From an uncultured delta proteobacterium (lineage in GTDB: Bacteria; Myxococcota_A; Polyangia; Polyangiales; Polyangiaceae): DNA of 64,000 bases. A program made the position numbers and the translations under genes. Shown piece by piece: positions 29,035 to 40,997 of this stretch (position 1 is its first letter; every line of letters begins with the position of its first letter). The DNA lies in assembly GCA_963782055.1 (NCBI GenBank), contig CAWAIF010000002.1, positions 224,001 through 288,000 of the forward strand. The letters run 5' to 3'. The notes beneath the pieces were generated by a model. That model did not search any database. It worked only from the letters and a program-made list of their open reading frames with translations, and was not told where the DNA came from.

Positions 29035-30216
29035 TCAGTCCGGGTACGCGGCGATCAGGGCGCCGAAGCTCTGGTCGAGCGTCGTCGTGGCCGCGGGCGT
29101 GGCGCAGTTGGTCGCGGTGACGTACGCCAGGTTCTTCGCCGGCGCGAGCCACGCGGTGGCGAGCCACATGGTGTTGCTCCCCGTGTGCGTGAGGGCGGTG
29201 CCGCCGGCCCACGGGCGCTGCACCACGATCCAGCCGTCGGCGTAGTCGCCGCCGCTCGGCGGGGTCTGCAGGTGCTGGATGGTCGCCGCCTTGACGATCG
29301 TGTCCTCGCCGCGCGCGCCGGCGAGCTGGATGGCGAGGAACTTCCCCCAGTCGGCCAGCGAGCAGTGCACCGTGCCCGCAGGCCCGAGCGACGGCGGGTT
29401 GTCGGCGCCCGTACCGGGCGAGACGGGCGTGAGCACGCCGGCGTCGTCGCCCCGGTGTCCCCACGGCTCGTCCACCTGCCCGGGCGTCCCCGGCGCGCCG
29501 AAGCCGCAGGAGTCCATGTGGAGCGGCGCGAACAGGGACGAGGTGATGATCTCCTCCCAGGTCTTCCCCGCGACGCGCTCCAGCGCGGCGCCGGCGATCA
29601 TGTACCCCGCGTTGGCGTAGACGTACGTGCCCGGCGGCTGCGCGGGCGGGCGGGAGAGCAGCGCGCGGACGGCCTTGATGCGCGCGTCGGGCGCGGCGCC
29701 GTCGGCCACCATCTGCGACCAGATGTCGGCGGGCATGGTGCCGGGCGCGCCGCCGCGGTGCTGCAGGAGCTGCTCCAGCGTCACGCCCTGGTAGCCCGGG
29801 TCGATGGTCTCGCCGGCGAAGAGCGCTCCGATGGTGTCGTCGAAGTGCAGCTTGCCCTGGTCGACGAACATGCCGACGAGCGTGGCCGTCATCGCCTTGG
29901 TGTCGGAGCCGAGGTGCCACTGGTCGGCCACGGTGGCGAGGTTCGGGTCGCCCACCTTGCGCACGCCGGTCACGCCGATGGCGACGAGCTGATCGCCGCG
30001 GAAGACGGCGCCGGCGAGGGCCGGCATGCCGGCGTCGGCGCGGTAAGGCTCCAGCGCGGGGCCCAGATCGTCCGGTGCGGGCGCGTCGGAGCCCGCGTCG
30101 CCGGGTGGCGCGTCGACCGAGGCGTCGGCGGGCGCCGCCGGGCTCGTCGTGGAGCACGCGGAGCAGCCTGCGCACAGGAGGGCGGTGGCGGCGAGCCCGT
30201 GCCGAGGCGCGTTCAT
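29035..30216 (-). CDS. Serine hydrolase, beta-lactamase/AmpC family, probable lipoprotein
   Basis: SDTK (SxxK), LLQHRGG, YAN, HTG; signal peptide with Cys and a DAS/DAG linker. Confidence 0.88.
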   Translation of the reverse strand: MNAPRHGLAATALLCAGCSACSTTSPAAPADASVDAPPGDAGSDAPAPDDLGPALEPYRADAGMPALAGAVFRGDQLVAIGVTGVRKVGDPNLATVADQWHLGSDTKAMTATLVGMFVDQGKLHFDDTIGALFAGETIDPGYQGVTLEQLLQHRGGAPGTMPADIWSQMVADGAAPDARIKAVRALLSRPPAQPPGTYVYANAGYMIAGAALERVAGKTWEEIITSSLFAPLHMDSCGFGAPGTPGQVDEPWGHRGDDAGVLTPVSPGTGADNPPSLGPAGTVHCSLADWGKFLAIQLAGARGEDTIVKAATIQHLQTPPSGGDYADGWIVVQRPWAGGTALTHTGSNTMWLATAWLAPAKNLAYVTATNCATPAATTTLDQSFGALIAAYPD

Positions 30217-30254
30217 GGCGCCAGTCTACGCCAGGTTGCCGGTATGCTCGACGG

Positions 30255-31115
30255 GTGGCGACGCGCCTCTACGTCATCCTCGCCCGCACCAAGCGCACCG
30301 CCGTGGTGTTCCGTCGCGGGCCGTCGAAGCAGGTGCTCGTCCTGCGCTGGGACCTGGAGCGCGACCGGCTGGAGCCGGGCCAGTGGCTCAAGGCGCGCAT
30401 CTACGAGCGGCGGTGCGATCTCTCGCCCTCGGGCGACCTGCTGGTGGTCTTCGCGGCGAGCTGGAAGGGGCCCTACCAGAGCTGGACGGCGGTGAGCCGC
30501 GCGCCGTACCTCACCGCGCTCCTGCTGTGGGCGAAGGGGGACGCGTGGGGCGGGGGCGGCCTCTTCGAGGACGAGCGCACCATCCTGCTCAACCACGCTG
30601 CGTCGTCGTCGGTGCCGCCGCCGACGCTCGGCAACGTGCCCAGGGCCATGCGCGTGCGGCCGCTCCACGCCGGACGCGGGGAGGACCACCCGATCTGGCA
30701 CGTGAGGCTGGTGCGCGACGGCTGGACGCTGGTGAAGAGGGGGCGGGAGTCGGAGAACTCCTGGCGCGCGCCGGTGTGGATCACCTACGACCCGCCCTTC
30801 GTCTACCGCAAGCCGCAGCCGCACGGCGACGCGGCGCTGGAGATGCACCTGCTCGGCGTCCACGAGAAGGACGGCGACTGGCACGTGACCGCGCACGAGG
30901 TGACGCGCGGGGGCGAGGTGATCGCCGCCCTCGGCCGGAGCGATTGGGCGGACTGGGACGCGACCGGCGATCTGCTCTACGCGAAGGCGGGGCGGCTGTA
31001 CCGCCTGGCGCGCAAGGACCTCGCCGACCGCTCGCGTGCGCGGGAGGTCGCCGACCTCCGCGAGATGCGCTTCGAGGAGCGCAAGGCGCCGGCCTGGGCG
31101 ACGCGCTGGAAGTGA
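30255..31115 (+). CDS. Hypothetical Trp-rich protein
   Basis: Clean GC3-rich ORF from GTG 30255; FRRGPSK, GQWLKARIYERRCDLSP, WGGGG, DWADWD. Confidence 0.75.
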   Translation: MATRLYVILARTKRTAVVFRRGPSKQVLVLRWDLERDRLEPGQWLKARIYERRCDLSPSGDLLVVFAASWKGPYQSWTAVSRAPYLTALLLWAKGDAWGGGGLFEDERTILLNHAASSSVPPPTLGNVPRAMRVRPLHAGRGEDHPIWHVRLVRDGWTLVKRGRESENSWRAPVWITYDPPFVYRKPQPHGDAALEMHLLGVHEKDGDWHVTAHEVTRGGEVIAALGRSDWADWDATGDLLYAKAGRLYRLARKDLADRSRAREVADLREMRFEERKAPAWATRWK

Positions 31116-31125
31116 CGCCGCGGTG

Positions 31126-31851
31126 CTACCGCGTCTCGAGCGCCAGCAGATCCCTCACCAGGAGCGTTGCCCCGTCCTGCACGGGTACGGGTAGCCGGAC
31201 CCGCACGGGCGGATGCGAGAGCGCGACGAGCCACGGGTCGGTGACGCCGTGACGAACGAGGGCGGCACACGCATCCCGAACGCGCCTCTCGTCTGCCGAC
31301 GGAGCGGCGTCCAGGGCGGTGCGCGTGAGACGTAGCGACACATGCTCGCGCGCGCCGGCTTCTCCCGGCGCCACGACGTGCGCGCCAGCCACGGCCCAGG
31401 CGAGGAAGCGGGCACGCCGCCCGTCGGTCCCACCGTCCGTTCCGTGCAGCGTCACGCTCGGGTCGGCGCACGTCTCGGACACCGATGCGGTGAAGCCGTC
31501 CGGCGCTCTCCACTCCCTCATCGTGAAGTCCAGCGCGGCGCTCATGGCCACGGCGTGGCCCCGCATCCAGCCGTCCAGCCGCTCCGACGGGTCGTCGGTC
31601 TCCAGGTACAGGGGCATGGCCTCGGCCACCCGGTGTTCGACCATGGCCTCCAGATCATCGGCGAGCGCCTCGACGTCGCCGGCCGGCAACCCCCGAAGCA
31701 GCACCGTGGCCGCCTGGTCGTAGCGAGGCCGTGCCGGGTGCCCGGTAGAGTGACGCGTGACGCGCAGGCAGGGCTCGCCACCCGCCGTTCGCGTCGCGCC
31801 ACGGGGAGCGCTCACCAGCGCGAGCCCTACCAGCGCCACGAGCCACCGCAT
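31126..31851 (-). CDS. Hypothetical exported protein
   Basis: Signal-peptide-like N-terminus; 2 nt from the upstream gene; weaker codon bias. Confidence 0.5.
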   Translation of the reverse strand: MRWLVALVGLALVSAPRGATRTAGGEPCLRVTRHSTGHPARPRYDQAATVLLRGLPAGDVEALADDLEAMVEHRVAEAMPLYLETDDPSERLDGWMRGHAVAMSAALDFTMREWRAPDGFTASVSETCADPSVTLHGTDGGTDGRRARFLAWAVAGAHVVAPGEAGAREHVSLRLTRTALDAAPSADERRVRDACAALVRHGVTDPWLVALSHPPVRVRLPVPVQDGATLLVRDLLALETR

Positions 31852-31853
31852 GC

Positions 31854-32414
31854 TCAGTGCCGGGTCGCCGCGAACTCGAAGGTGCCGCTGCCGTCAGTAG
31901 GCACGCTTTGTCCCGTGATCGTGTTGCCGTCGGCCGACAGCGTACCGAGCACGGTGCCCAGCGTCTTGTAGTACGCGTTGGAGCTGGTCGGGCAGGCGCC
32001 GGAGAACTTGGTTCCGGTGACGAGCACACTGCATCCGCTCGGGCTCGTCCAGCCGCCCCCGAGCTGGCCATACTGCGACGCGTTCTGGCTGGTGCGCTGG
32101 AAGGAGAAGGTCCTCTTGCACGTGTCGGCGCCGTCGAGCGTCGTCGCGTCGTTGCCGACGGTCGCCGCCAGGTGCGTCGTGCCGCTCTTGTCACACGGCC
32201 CCGTGTAGCCCGTGAGGTCGATGGTGACGTCACCTCCGGAGATGACCATCGTCCCGGTTGTGTAGATGCCGGCGGTGAAGACGATGTCCCATGTGCCGTC
32301 CAGCCCGGTGACGGAGCTCCCAGCGTCGGAGCCGGTCCCTCCGTCGGACCCCGGCGGCGGGTTGGACGAGCCCCCGTCCGAGCACGCTGCGAGGAGTCCA
32401 AACGCGACCAGCAT
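31854..32414 (-). CDS. Hypothetical Thr/Gly-rich lipoprotein
   Basis: Lipobox LAAC-SDGG; two similar beta-rich halves (GTWD.../GGWT...); start 32414 or up to 32483. Confidence 0.65.
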   Translation of the reverse strand: MLVAFGLLAACSDGGSSNPPPGSDGGTGSDAGSSVTGLDGTWDIVFTAGIYTTGTMVISGGDVTIDLTGYTGPCDKSGTTHLAATVGNDATTLDGADTCKRTFSFQRTSQNASQYGQLGGGWTSPSGCSVLVTGTKFSGACPTSSNAYYKTLGTVLGTLSADGNTITGQSVPTDGSGTFEFAATRH

Positions 32415-32680
32415 CCGGCCATGAGCGAAGTGGGTACGGCGTGGACGCGTCGCTGAGCGAAGAACTGAACGAGCCTCGAACATGGCGCATGCATATGCGA
32501 GAAGTACCCAACTTTCAACTTCAATCTACAAGACGCTCGCGCGCCTAGAGCGCAGTGAGAAGACCGGGCTCGTCCGACCCGACCGGAGGTGCATCAAGCA
32601 GGTGGCCGCGCTCCGGACGGGAGCGAGCACCGCCTGTCGTGCCGCGCCACGCGATCCGTCTGAACAACCGTGTTCCGTCG

Positions 32681-32762
32681 TGCACGGGGCGGGACTCGAA
32701 CCCGCAAGCCTCTCGGCGGTGGAACCTAAATCCACTGCGTCTGCCAGTTTCGCCACCCGTGC
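32681..32762 (-). tRNA. tRNA-Leu(TAG), CCA not encoded
   Basis: GCACGGG/CCCGTGC-A acceptor, TGGCGAAACTGGCAGACGC D-arm, GTGGA-TTTAGGT-TCCAC anticodon arm, long variable arm, GGTTCGAGTCC T-loop. Confidence 0.97.
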
Positions 32763-32926
32763 ATGGCGCCTCGCGACGGACGGGGCATGCGGGCCGGATC
32801 CGACGGGGAGCGCCGGCTGGCGAGCATAGAGCGGCGCCCCTCGACCTTCCAGGGCTGGAGTCCCGCGGTTCCTCCGACGGGACAGGACCCGACCCCGCGG
32901 GCCAGCCCTATTTTCGCCGGCCCCCC

Positions 32927-32957
32927 TTGACCTTCCCATCACTGGAACCCCCACATT
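32927..32957 (+). promoter_or_regulatory. MerR/CueR-type promoter with 19-bp spacer and cue box
   Basis: TTGACC-19 nt-CACATT; ACCTTCC-N7-GGAACCC dyad; directly upstream of cueR-copA. Confidence 0.85.
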
Positions 32958-32982
32958 GGGGACGCACACAAGGAGCAGGCGC

Positions 32983-33441
32983 ATGAACATCGGCGACGCG
33001 GCGGCCCGCTCGGGGCTGCCGGCGAAGACCATCCGCTATTACGAGTCCATCGGCCTCATCCCCGCCGCGGCCCGCACCGCGAGCGGGTACCGGGACTACG
33101 GTCCGGACGACGTCCGCGCGCTGCGCTTCCTGCACCGCTCCCGGTCGCTCGGCTTCTCCATGGATCGCTGCCGCGAGCTGCTCGCCCTCTACCGTGACGA
33201 GGGGCGCGCCAGCGCGCGGGTGCGCGCCGTCGCGGCGAAGCACGTGGAGGAGATCACGCAGAAGATCGCGGCGCTGGAGGAGATGAAGTCCAGCCTGCAG
33301 GAGCTCATCGCGGAGTGCCGCGGGGACGAGCACCCGGAGTGCCCCATCCTGGAGACGCTCGCCGGCGAGCTGCCGGCGCCCTCGGGGGCCGCCAGGCCTG
33401 CTTTTCGCCGTCGCGCGGCACGGTCGGTGCGTCGGCGCTGA
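32983..33441 (+). CDS. cueR: Cu(I)-responsive MerR-family regulator
   Basis: MNIGDAA..SGL.AKTIRYYE.IGL, GYRDY, LGFS, C-RGDEHPE-CPIL metal loop; AGGAG RBS. Confidence 0.93.
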   Translation: MNIGDAAARSGLPAKTIRYYESIGLIPAAARTASGYRDYGPDDVRALRFLHRSRSLGFSMDRCRELLALYRDEGRASARVRAVAAKHVEEITQKIAALEEMKSSLQELIAECRGDEHPECPILETLAGELPAPSGAARPAFRRRAARSVRRR

Positions 33442-33462
33442 GCGGCCACCAAAGGAGAACTC

Positions 33463-35973
33463 ATGGAACACGCCACCTCGCACGATCAGCCCGCCAAGCC
33501 TGCGCCCGCCGACGCGGTGATCGATCCCGTCTGCGGGATGACGGTGCGGGATCCGTCGAAGCACCGGCTGGAGCACGAGGGGAAGAGCTACTCCTTCTGC
33601 TGCGGCGGATGCCTGGCGAAGTTCCAGGCGGACCCCGGGAAGTACCTCAAGAAGAAGGGCGAGGGGCAGCACGGGCACGCGCACGGGGACGGGGACGGGC
33701 ACGGGCACCGACACCGGAAGGGGGAGGCGGGCGCGTACGTGTGCCCGATGGACCCGGAGGTGCACGAGGCGGCGGCGGGGAGCTGCCCGAAGTGCGGGAT
33801 GGCGCTGGAGCGCGCGATGGCCGCCCCGACGACGCGCGTCGAGTGGACCTGTCCGATGCACCCGGAGGTGGTGAGCGATCACCCCGGGAGCTGTCCGAAG
33901 TGTGGGATGGCGCTGGAGCGCCGCACGGTGACCGAGGAGGCGCCGGAGGACGACAGCGAGCTGCGATCGATGCGACTGCGCTTCTGGGTGTCGGTCGCCT
34001 TCGCCGCCCCGCTGGTCGCCATCTCGATGGGGGACATGCTGCCCGGGCATCCCGTCTCCAGCCTGCTCTCGCCGCGCGCGCGCACCTGGATCGAGCTCGC
34101 CCTCGCGACGCCGGTGTGCACCTGGGCGGCGTGGCCCTTCTACGTGCGCGCGGTGCGCTCCGTCATCCACCGCAGCCTCAACATGTTCACCCTCATCGGG
34201 CTGGGTGTGACGGTCTCCTTCGTCTACAGCCTGGTGGCGGCGTTCGCGCCCGGAATCTTCCCGGCGGCGTTCCGCGGACCCTCGGGGGAGGTGGCGGTGT
34301 ACTTCGAGGCGTCCGGCGTCATCGTGGCGCTCATCCTGCTGGGGCAGGTGCTCGAGCTGCGCGCGCGCAGCCACACCAACGCGGCGGTGAAGGGCCTGCT
34401 CGGGATGGCGGCGAAGTCGGCGCGCCGCATCAGGGAGGACGGCACCGACGAGGACGTGCCTCTCCAGGAGGTGCACCCAGGCGACAAGTTGCGCGTGCGA
34501 CCCGGCGAGAAGGTGCCCGTCGACGGGGTGGTGCTGGAGGGGGAGAGCAGCGTGGACGAGTCGATGGTGAGCGGCGAGCCGGTGCCGGTCACCAAGGCGA
34601 AGGGCGACCAGGTGGTGGGCGCCACCATCAACGGGACCGGCGCGCTGGTGATGCGCGCGGAGAAGGTGGGATCGGAGACGCTGCTGGCGCGCATCGTGGC
34701 GATGGTGGCGGAGGCGCAGCGCAGCCGCGCGCCCATCCAGCGGCTGGCGGACGTGGTGGCGGGCTGGTTCGTCCCGACGGTGGTGACGGCGTCGGTGATC
34801 ACCTTCGTGGTGTGGGCGCTCGTCGGTCCGGAGCCGCGCATGGCGCACGCCGTCGTCAACGCGGTCGCGGTGCTCATCATCGCGTGCCCGTGCGCGCTCG
34901 GCCTGGCGACGCCCATGTCCATCATGGTGGCGAGCGGCAAGGGTGCGACGCTGGGTGTCCTCTTCAAGAACGCCGAGGCGATCGAGGTCCTGGAGAAGGT
35001 GGACACCCTGGTGGTGGACAAGACAGGCACCCTGACCGAGGGCAGGCCGCGCCTTCAGAGCGTCGTCGCGGCAGAGGGCTTCCAGGAAGAGGAGCTGCTC
35101 CGGCTCGCCGCGTCGCTGGAGCGCGCGAGCGAGCACCCGCTCGCCGAGGCGGTGGTCCGGGGGGCCGCCGAGCGCGAGGTAGGGCTCGCGGAGGCGATCG
35201 ACTTCTCCTCCGCGACGGGCAAGGGCGTGCGGGGCAGGGTGGACGGCCGCGAGGTGGCGCTGGGGACCCGCGAGTGGCTCGCCAGCCTGGGCGCGAAGGA
35301 CGACACGCTGGACGCGCGCGCGGAGGAGCTGCGCGCGAAGGGGCAGACGGTGGTGCTGGTCGCCGTCGACCGCGAGCTCGCGGGCCTGGTGGCGGTGGCG
35401 GACCCGATCAAGGAGGGCACGCCGGAGGCGATCCGCGCGCTGCACGCGGAGGGGCTGCGGGTCGTGATGCTCACCGGCGACAGCGCCACCACCGCGCGCG
35501 CCGTGGCCGGGGAGCTCGGCATCGACGAGGTGATGGCGGAGGTCCTGCCCGATCAGAAGGCGGAGAAGGTGAAGGCGCTCCAGAAGGAGGGGCACATCGT
35601 GGCGATGGCGGGCGACGGCATCAACGACGCGCCGGCGCTGGCGCAGGCGGAGGTGGGGATCGCGATGGGCACCGGCACCGACGTGGCGATGGAGAGCGCG
35701 GGCATCACCCTGGTGAAGGGCGACCTGCGCGCCATCGTGCGGGCGCGCATCCTCTCTCGCAAGACGATGGCCAACATCAAGCAGAACCTCTTCTTCGCCT
35801 TCGTCTACAACTCGGTGGGCGTGCCGGTGGCGGCGGGCGCCCTGTATCCCTTCTTCGGGCTGCTGCTCAGCCCGGTCATCGCCGCCGGCGCGATGAGCTT
35901 CAGCTCGGTGTCGGTCATCTCCAACGCCCTGCGGCTCCGCTCGGCGAAGATCGGCGTGGGCGCCGCCGGTTGA
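33463..35973 (+). CDS. copA: Copper-translocating P1B-type ATPase with YHS, His-rich and two CPM(D/H) domains
   Basis: DPVCGM..FCC..C (YHS), [29 protein letters not shown] and MSFSS. Confidence 0.95.
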   Translation: MEHATSHDQPAKPAPADAVIDPVCGMTVRDPSKHRLEHEGKSYSFCCGGCLAKFQADPGKYLKKKGEGQHGHAHGDGDGHGHRHRKGEAGAYVCPMDPEVHEAAAGSCPKCGMALERAMAAPTTRVEWTCPMHPEVVSDHPGSCPKCGMALERRTVTEEAPEDDSELRSMRLRFWVSVAFAAPLVAISMGDMLPGHPVSSLLSPRARTWIELALATPVCTWAAWPFYVRAVRSVIHRSLNMFTLIGLGVTVSFVYSLVAAFAPGIFPAAFRGPSGEVAVYFEASGVIVALILLGQVLELRARSHTNAAVKGLLGMAAKSARRIREDGTDEDVPLQEVHPGDKLRVRPGEKVPVDGVVLEGESSVDESMVSGEPVPVTKAKGDQVVGATINGTGALVMRAEKVGSETLLARIVAMVAEAQRSRAPIQRLADVVAGWFVPTVVTASVITFVVWALVGPEPRMAHAVVNAVAVLIIACPCALGLATPMSIMVASGKGATLGVLFKNAEAIEVLEKVDTLVVDKTGTLTEGRPRLQSVVAAEGFQEEELLRLAASLERASEHPLAEAVVRGAAEREVGLAEAIDFSSATGKGVRGRVDGREVALGTREWLASLGAKDDTLDARAEELRAKGQTVVLVAVDRELAGLVAVADPIKEGTPEAIRALHAEGLRVVMLTGDSATTARAVAGELGIDEVMAEVLPDQKAEKVKALQKEGHIVAMAGDGINDAPALAQAEVGIAMGTGTDVAMESAGITLVKGDLRAIVRARILSRKTMANIKQNLFFAFVYNSVGVPVAAGALYPFFGLLLSPVIAAGAMSFSSVSVISNALRLRSAKIGVGAAG

Positions 35974-36004
35974 ATGGCCCCCGCGAGAGTGTAGGCTGCC
36001 GCGC

Positions 36005-37171
36005 ATGAAGGCGCGCCCCCTGCTGATGATCCCGGGTCCCATCGATCTCGAGCCGGCGGTGATGGAGGCGATGGCCCGCCCGCCGAAGAGCCACCTGGAT
36101 CCCGGCTTCGTCGCGGCGTTCTCCCGCGTGCTCGCCGGGCTGCGGCTGGTGTTCATGGCGCCGGAGGCGCAGCCCTTCGTCGTCGCCGGGAGCGGGACGC
36201 TCGCGATGGAGATGGCCGTCGCCAACGTGATCGAGCCGGGGGATCGCGCGGTGGTGGTCGACACCGGGTACTTCAGCGCGCGCATGGCCGCGATCCTGGA
36301 GCGCCACGGGGCGAAGGTGACGCGCGTGGGCGCCCCGCTCGGCGCGGCGCCCTCCCTCGACGAGGTGGAGCGCGCCGTCGCCTCGGCGAAGCCGAAGGTG
36401 GTCACGGTGACCCACGTGGACACCTCCACCGCGGTGCTCGCGCCGGTGGAGGGCGTCGCGAAGATCGCCGGCACGCACGGCGTCCTCTCCATCGTCGACG
36501 GCGTGTGCTCGGTCGGCGGAGAGTCGCTGCGGATGGGCGACTGGGGCGTCGACGTGGCGCTCACCGCCAGCCAGAAGGCGCTCGGCGCCCCGCCGGGGCT
36601 CGCCGTGGTGATGACCTCGAAGCGCGCGATGGATACCTGGCGCGCCCGCAAGACGAAGGTCGGCTCGTACTACGCCGACTTCGCCGAGTGGCTGCCCATC
36701 ATGGAGGCGTACGAGGGGCGCAAGAACATGTACTTCGCGACGCCGCCGGTGCAGCTCGTGGAGGCGCTGGATGCCAGCGTCGCAAGCCTCCTCGCCGAGG
36801 GGATGGTCGCGCGCGTCGCCCGGCACGCGCGCGTCGCCCGCGCCTTCCGCGCCGCGTGGCAGGCGATGAACCTGCGGATGCTCCCGGCGTCGGAGGACGT
36901 GGCCGCGCACACCCTGAGCGCGGTCACCTACCCCGACGGCGTCGACGCCTCGCTCGTCGGGCGCATCGGCGAGGAGGGCGCCATCGTCGCCGGCGGCCTC
37001 CACCCCGACGCGCGGGCGAAGTACTTCCGCGTCGGTCACATGGGGGCGACCGGCGCGCACGAGGTGCTCGCGACGGTCGGCGCCATCGAGCGCGCCCTGC
37101 ACGCGAAGGGCTGGCGCCCCGGCGCGATGGGCAGCGCGGTCGCCGCGGCGGCCGAGTCGATCGGGCAATAG
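36005..37171 (+). CDS. Class V PLP aminotransferase (alanine-glyoxylate/serine-pyruvate family)
   Basis: LMIPGP, GSGT.AME, HVDTST, DGVCS, ASQKALGAPPGL, YFATP, FRVGHMG. Confidence 0.9.
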   Translation: MKARPLLMIPGPIDLEPAVMEAMARPPKSHLDPGFVAAFSRVLAGLRLVFMAPEAQPFVVAGSGTLAMEMAVANVIEPGDRAVVVDTGYFSARMAAILERHGAKVTRVGAPLGAAPSLDEVERAVASAKPKVVTVTHVDTSTAVLAPVEGVAKIAGTHGVLSIVDGVCSVGGESLRMGDWGVDVALTASQKALGAPPGLAVVMTSKRAMDTWRARKTKVGSYYADFAEWLPIMEAYEGRKNMYFATPPVQLVEALDASVASLLAEGMVARVARHARVARAFRAAWQAMNLRMLPASEDVAAHTLSAVTYPDGVDASLVGRIGEEGAIVAGGLHPDARAKYFRVGHMGATGAHEVLATVGAIERALHAKGWRPGAMGSAVAAAAESIGQ

Positions 37172-37181
37172 AGGGGCAGCC

Positions 37182-38335
37182 CTACTTCTCCGGCCCGATC
37201 TCCACCTGCCCGTACGCGTAGGTGATGTCGCGCGCGTACAGCCCGCCCTTCGACCGCAGGCCGCGCACCCGGATGTGCGGCGCCGACCCGGCGACCGCCA
37301 TCTCGCTGATCCCCACGTCCACCTGCACGCCGGCGAGCACCTGGTCGTGGTCCTTCTCCGCGCGGAAGACCACCAGCGCGCAGCCGATGGGGCGCCCCTT
37401 CTGGAACTCGGCGCACCCGCTGGAGACCGTCAGCACCTCGTTGGGGACCGGGCGCCACGTCCAGGCGCTCGTCACGTGGAAGGCGCCGTTGTCCGGGATG
37501 CTCACGCCCTTCAGCGAGCGCGCCGCCTTGCCGATGCGCGCGGCGCTGGACTTCCGCATCGGCTGCAGGGCGCGCCCTGAGGTGAGCTTCAGGTCCACCG
37601 TCGCCGGGTTGACCTCGCCCTTGCAGCAGCGCAGTCCCATCGTCGGGGCCTTCTTCGTCGGTTCGCGGCCAATCCCGTTGGCGCAGCGACCCACCAGCTC
37701 CCCGGCGACCGCGTTGCCGCCGCGCAGTACTCCGAGCGACTTGGTGTGACCACGCCCCCAGCTCGAGCTGGTCCACTCCCAGACGCCGCCGTGCATCTCC
37801 TGGACGCCGAAGCGGCTCTTGCAGGCGGCGCGATCGCCGCTCGGCCGGCGCGCCGCCTCCTCCGCCGAGACGCCCGTGCCGCACTTGTCGGCGCGGTAGG
37901 CCTCGCCGTACTCGTACATCGTGTTCTTCGGGCCCTTGCACGCGCGCTCCCACTCCAGCTCGGTGCACAGGCGCTTGCCCTTGCTCGCGCACAGCTCCGC
38001 CGCCTCGTCGCGCGAGACGTTGGACGTCGGGATGGCGCCGCTCTCGTTGGGGTAGGGCAACAGGTCGATGTAGAAGCCGCCCATCTTCACGGGCGTGCCC
38101 GCCAGCTCCTCCTCGGCGATGCGCGGCACCGCGTCCACCGGCGTGCCCGCCACCATCGTCCCAGACGGGATCCACGCCATCCCCGGCTCGGCCGGGGGCC
38201 CCGCCTCGGGAAGGGGGAGGGGTGGGAGCCCGGCGGACGCGTCGAGCACCGTCTCCGGTGTCGCGTCACCGCCGGCGTCGCCATGCGAGCAGCCCCCGCA
38301 CCCCGTCACGAATGCGGCGAGCAGCGCGACGAACC

Positions 38336-38339
<4 letters not shown>
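37182..38339 (-). CDS. FGE-sulfatase (SUMF1) domain exported protein / lipoprotein
   Basis: [35 protein letters not shown] start overlaps the upstream stop. Confidence 0.8.
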
Positions 38340-39757
<1,418 letters not shown>

Positions 39758-39829
39758 GGCCCGGCCATCCTACCACCAAAGCCCGAGCGTCGCGGTCAAC
39801 CCGGCTGCCGGCGCCCCGTCACGGAAGCG

Positions 39830-40963
39830 CTAGAGCGAGGCCTCGTAGAGGGCGGCGAGATCCGCCTCGGTGCACGGGCGCGGGTTGGACTTGTGGCACG
39901 CGTCCTGGATGGCCTTGCTGGCCAGCTTGGGGATGTCCGCCTTGGTGACGCCCTCGGCGCCCAGGCCGCCGGGGAGGCCGAGGCGCACGCGCAGATCGCG
40001 CAGCGCCGAGGCGCACGAGGTGGCCTTCGGGTCCAGGATGCCGCGGATGCGGTCGAGCTTGGCGTGGATGGTGCCCTCGTTGAACTCGACGACCGCCGGC
40101 AGGCAGAGCGCGTTGGCGAGGCCGTGGTGCAGTCCCTTCTCGCTGGAGAGCGGGTGGGCCAGCGAGTGGCAAGCGCCGAGGCCCTTCTGGAAGGCGACGG
40201 CGCCCATCATCGCGGCCTTCATCATGCCGCCGCGCGCGTCCAGGTCGTCGCCGTGCGACACCGCGCGAGCCAGGTGCGCGGCGCACAGCTCCAGTCCGCC
40301 CAGCGCGATGGCGTCGGCCATCGGGTGATCGCCCAGCGAGCAGTACGCCTCCAGGCAGTGGGTGAGGGCGTCGAAGCCGGTGGCCGCGGTGACGCGCGCG
40401 GGCATGGACCGGGTGAGCTCGGGATCCAGGATGGCGACCTTCGCCAGCAGGTGCGGGCTGAAGATGACCGTCTTGCGGCCGTTGGCGGCGAGGGTGACCA
40501 CGCCGGAGCGGCCGACCTCGCTGCCGGTGCCCGCGGTGGTGGGGATGGCGACGATGGGCGGCACGTCGGCTGTGATGAACTGGTCACCGCCGGTGGCGTC
40601 GTCGTAGTCGACGAGCGGCCGGTCGTGCGTGGCCTTCAGGGCGACCAGCTTGGCGGCGTCCAGCGGGGAGCCCCCGCCGACCGCGACGAGGAAGTCCGCG
40701 CCGGACTGCCGGTAGGCCGCCACGCCGTCGCTGACGTTCTTCTCCACCGGGTTGGGGTCGACGCCGTCGAAGACGGTGAAGCCGAGCCCCGACTTCGCCA
40801 GGGCGCCGGTGACCTTGTCGGTGATCCCCGCCTTGCGCACGCCCGGATCGCACACGACGAGCGCGTGCTTCTTCCCGAGCCGCGCGGCGTGATCCCCCAG
40901 CGTGGAGAGGGAGCCGTTGCCGAAGACGATGGTGGTGGGAAAGGACCAGGTGACGGTGGCCAT
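39830..40963 (-). CDS. Iron-containing alcohol dehydrogenase
   Basis: PNP, GGGSPLD, PTTAGTGSE, DALTHCLE, HSLAH, HHGLAN. Confidence 0.93.
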   Translation of the reverse strand: MATVTWSFPTTIVFGNGSLSTLGDHAARLGKKHALVVCDPGVRKAGITDKVTGALAKSGLGFTVFDGVDPNPVEKNVSDGVAAYRQSGADFLVAVGGGSPLDAAKLVALKATHDRPLVDYDDATGGDQFITADVPPIVAIPTTAGTGSEVGRSGVVTLAANGRKTVIFSPHLLAKVAILDPELTRSMPARVTAATGFDALTHCLEAYCSLGDHPMADAIALGGLELCAAHLARAVSHGDDLDARGGMMKAAMMGAVAFQKGLGACHSLAHPLSSEKGLHHGLANALCLPAVVEFNEGTIHAKLDRIRGILDPKATSCASALRDLRVRLGLPGGLGAEGVTKADIPKLASKAIQDACHKSNPRPCTEADLAALYEASL

Positions 40964-40997
40964 GGCCGGACGCTAGCACCGAGCGTCGGCCGGAGCA

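Noticed and set aside
31178..31191. TGCACGGG as an att duplicate of the tRNA-Leu 3' end
   Set aside because: Only an 8-bp match in GC-rich DNA, with no integrase.
36005..37171. Class V PLP enzyme as EgtE
   Set aside because: Motifs match the AGT/SPT family, it is about 9 kb from egtBD, and it has its own promoter-like box.
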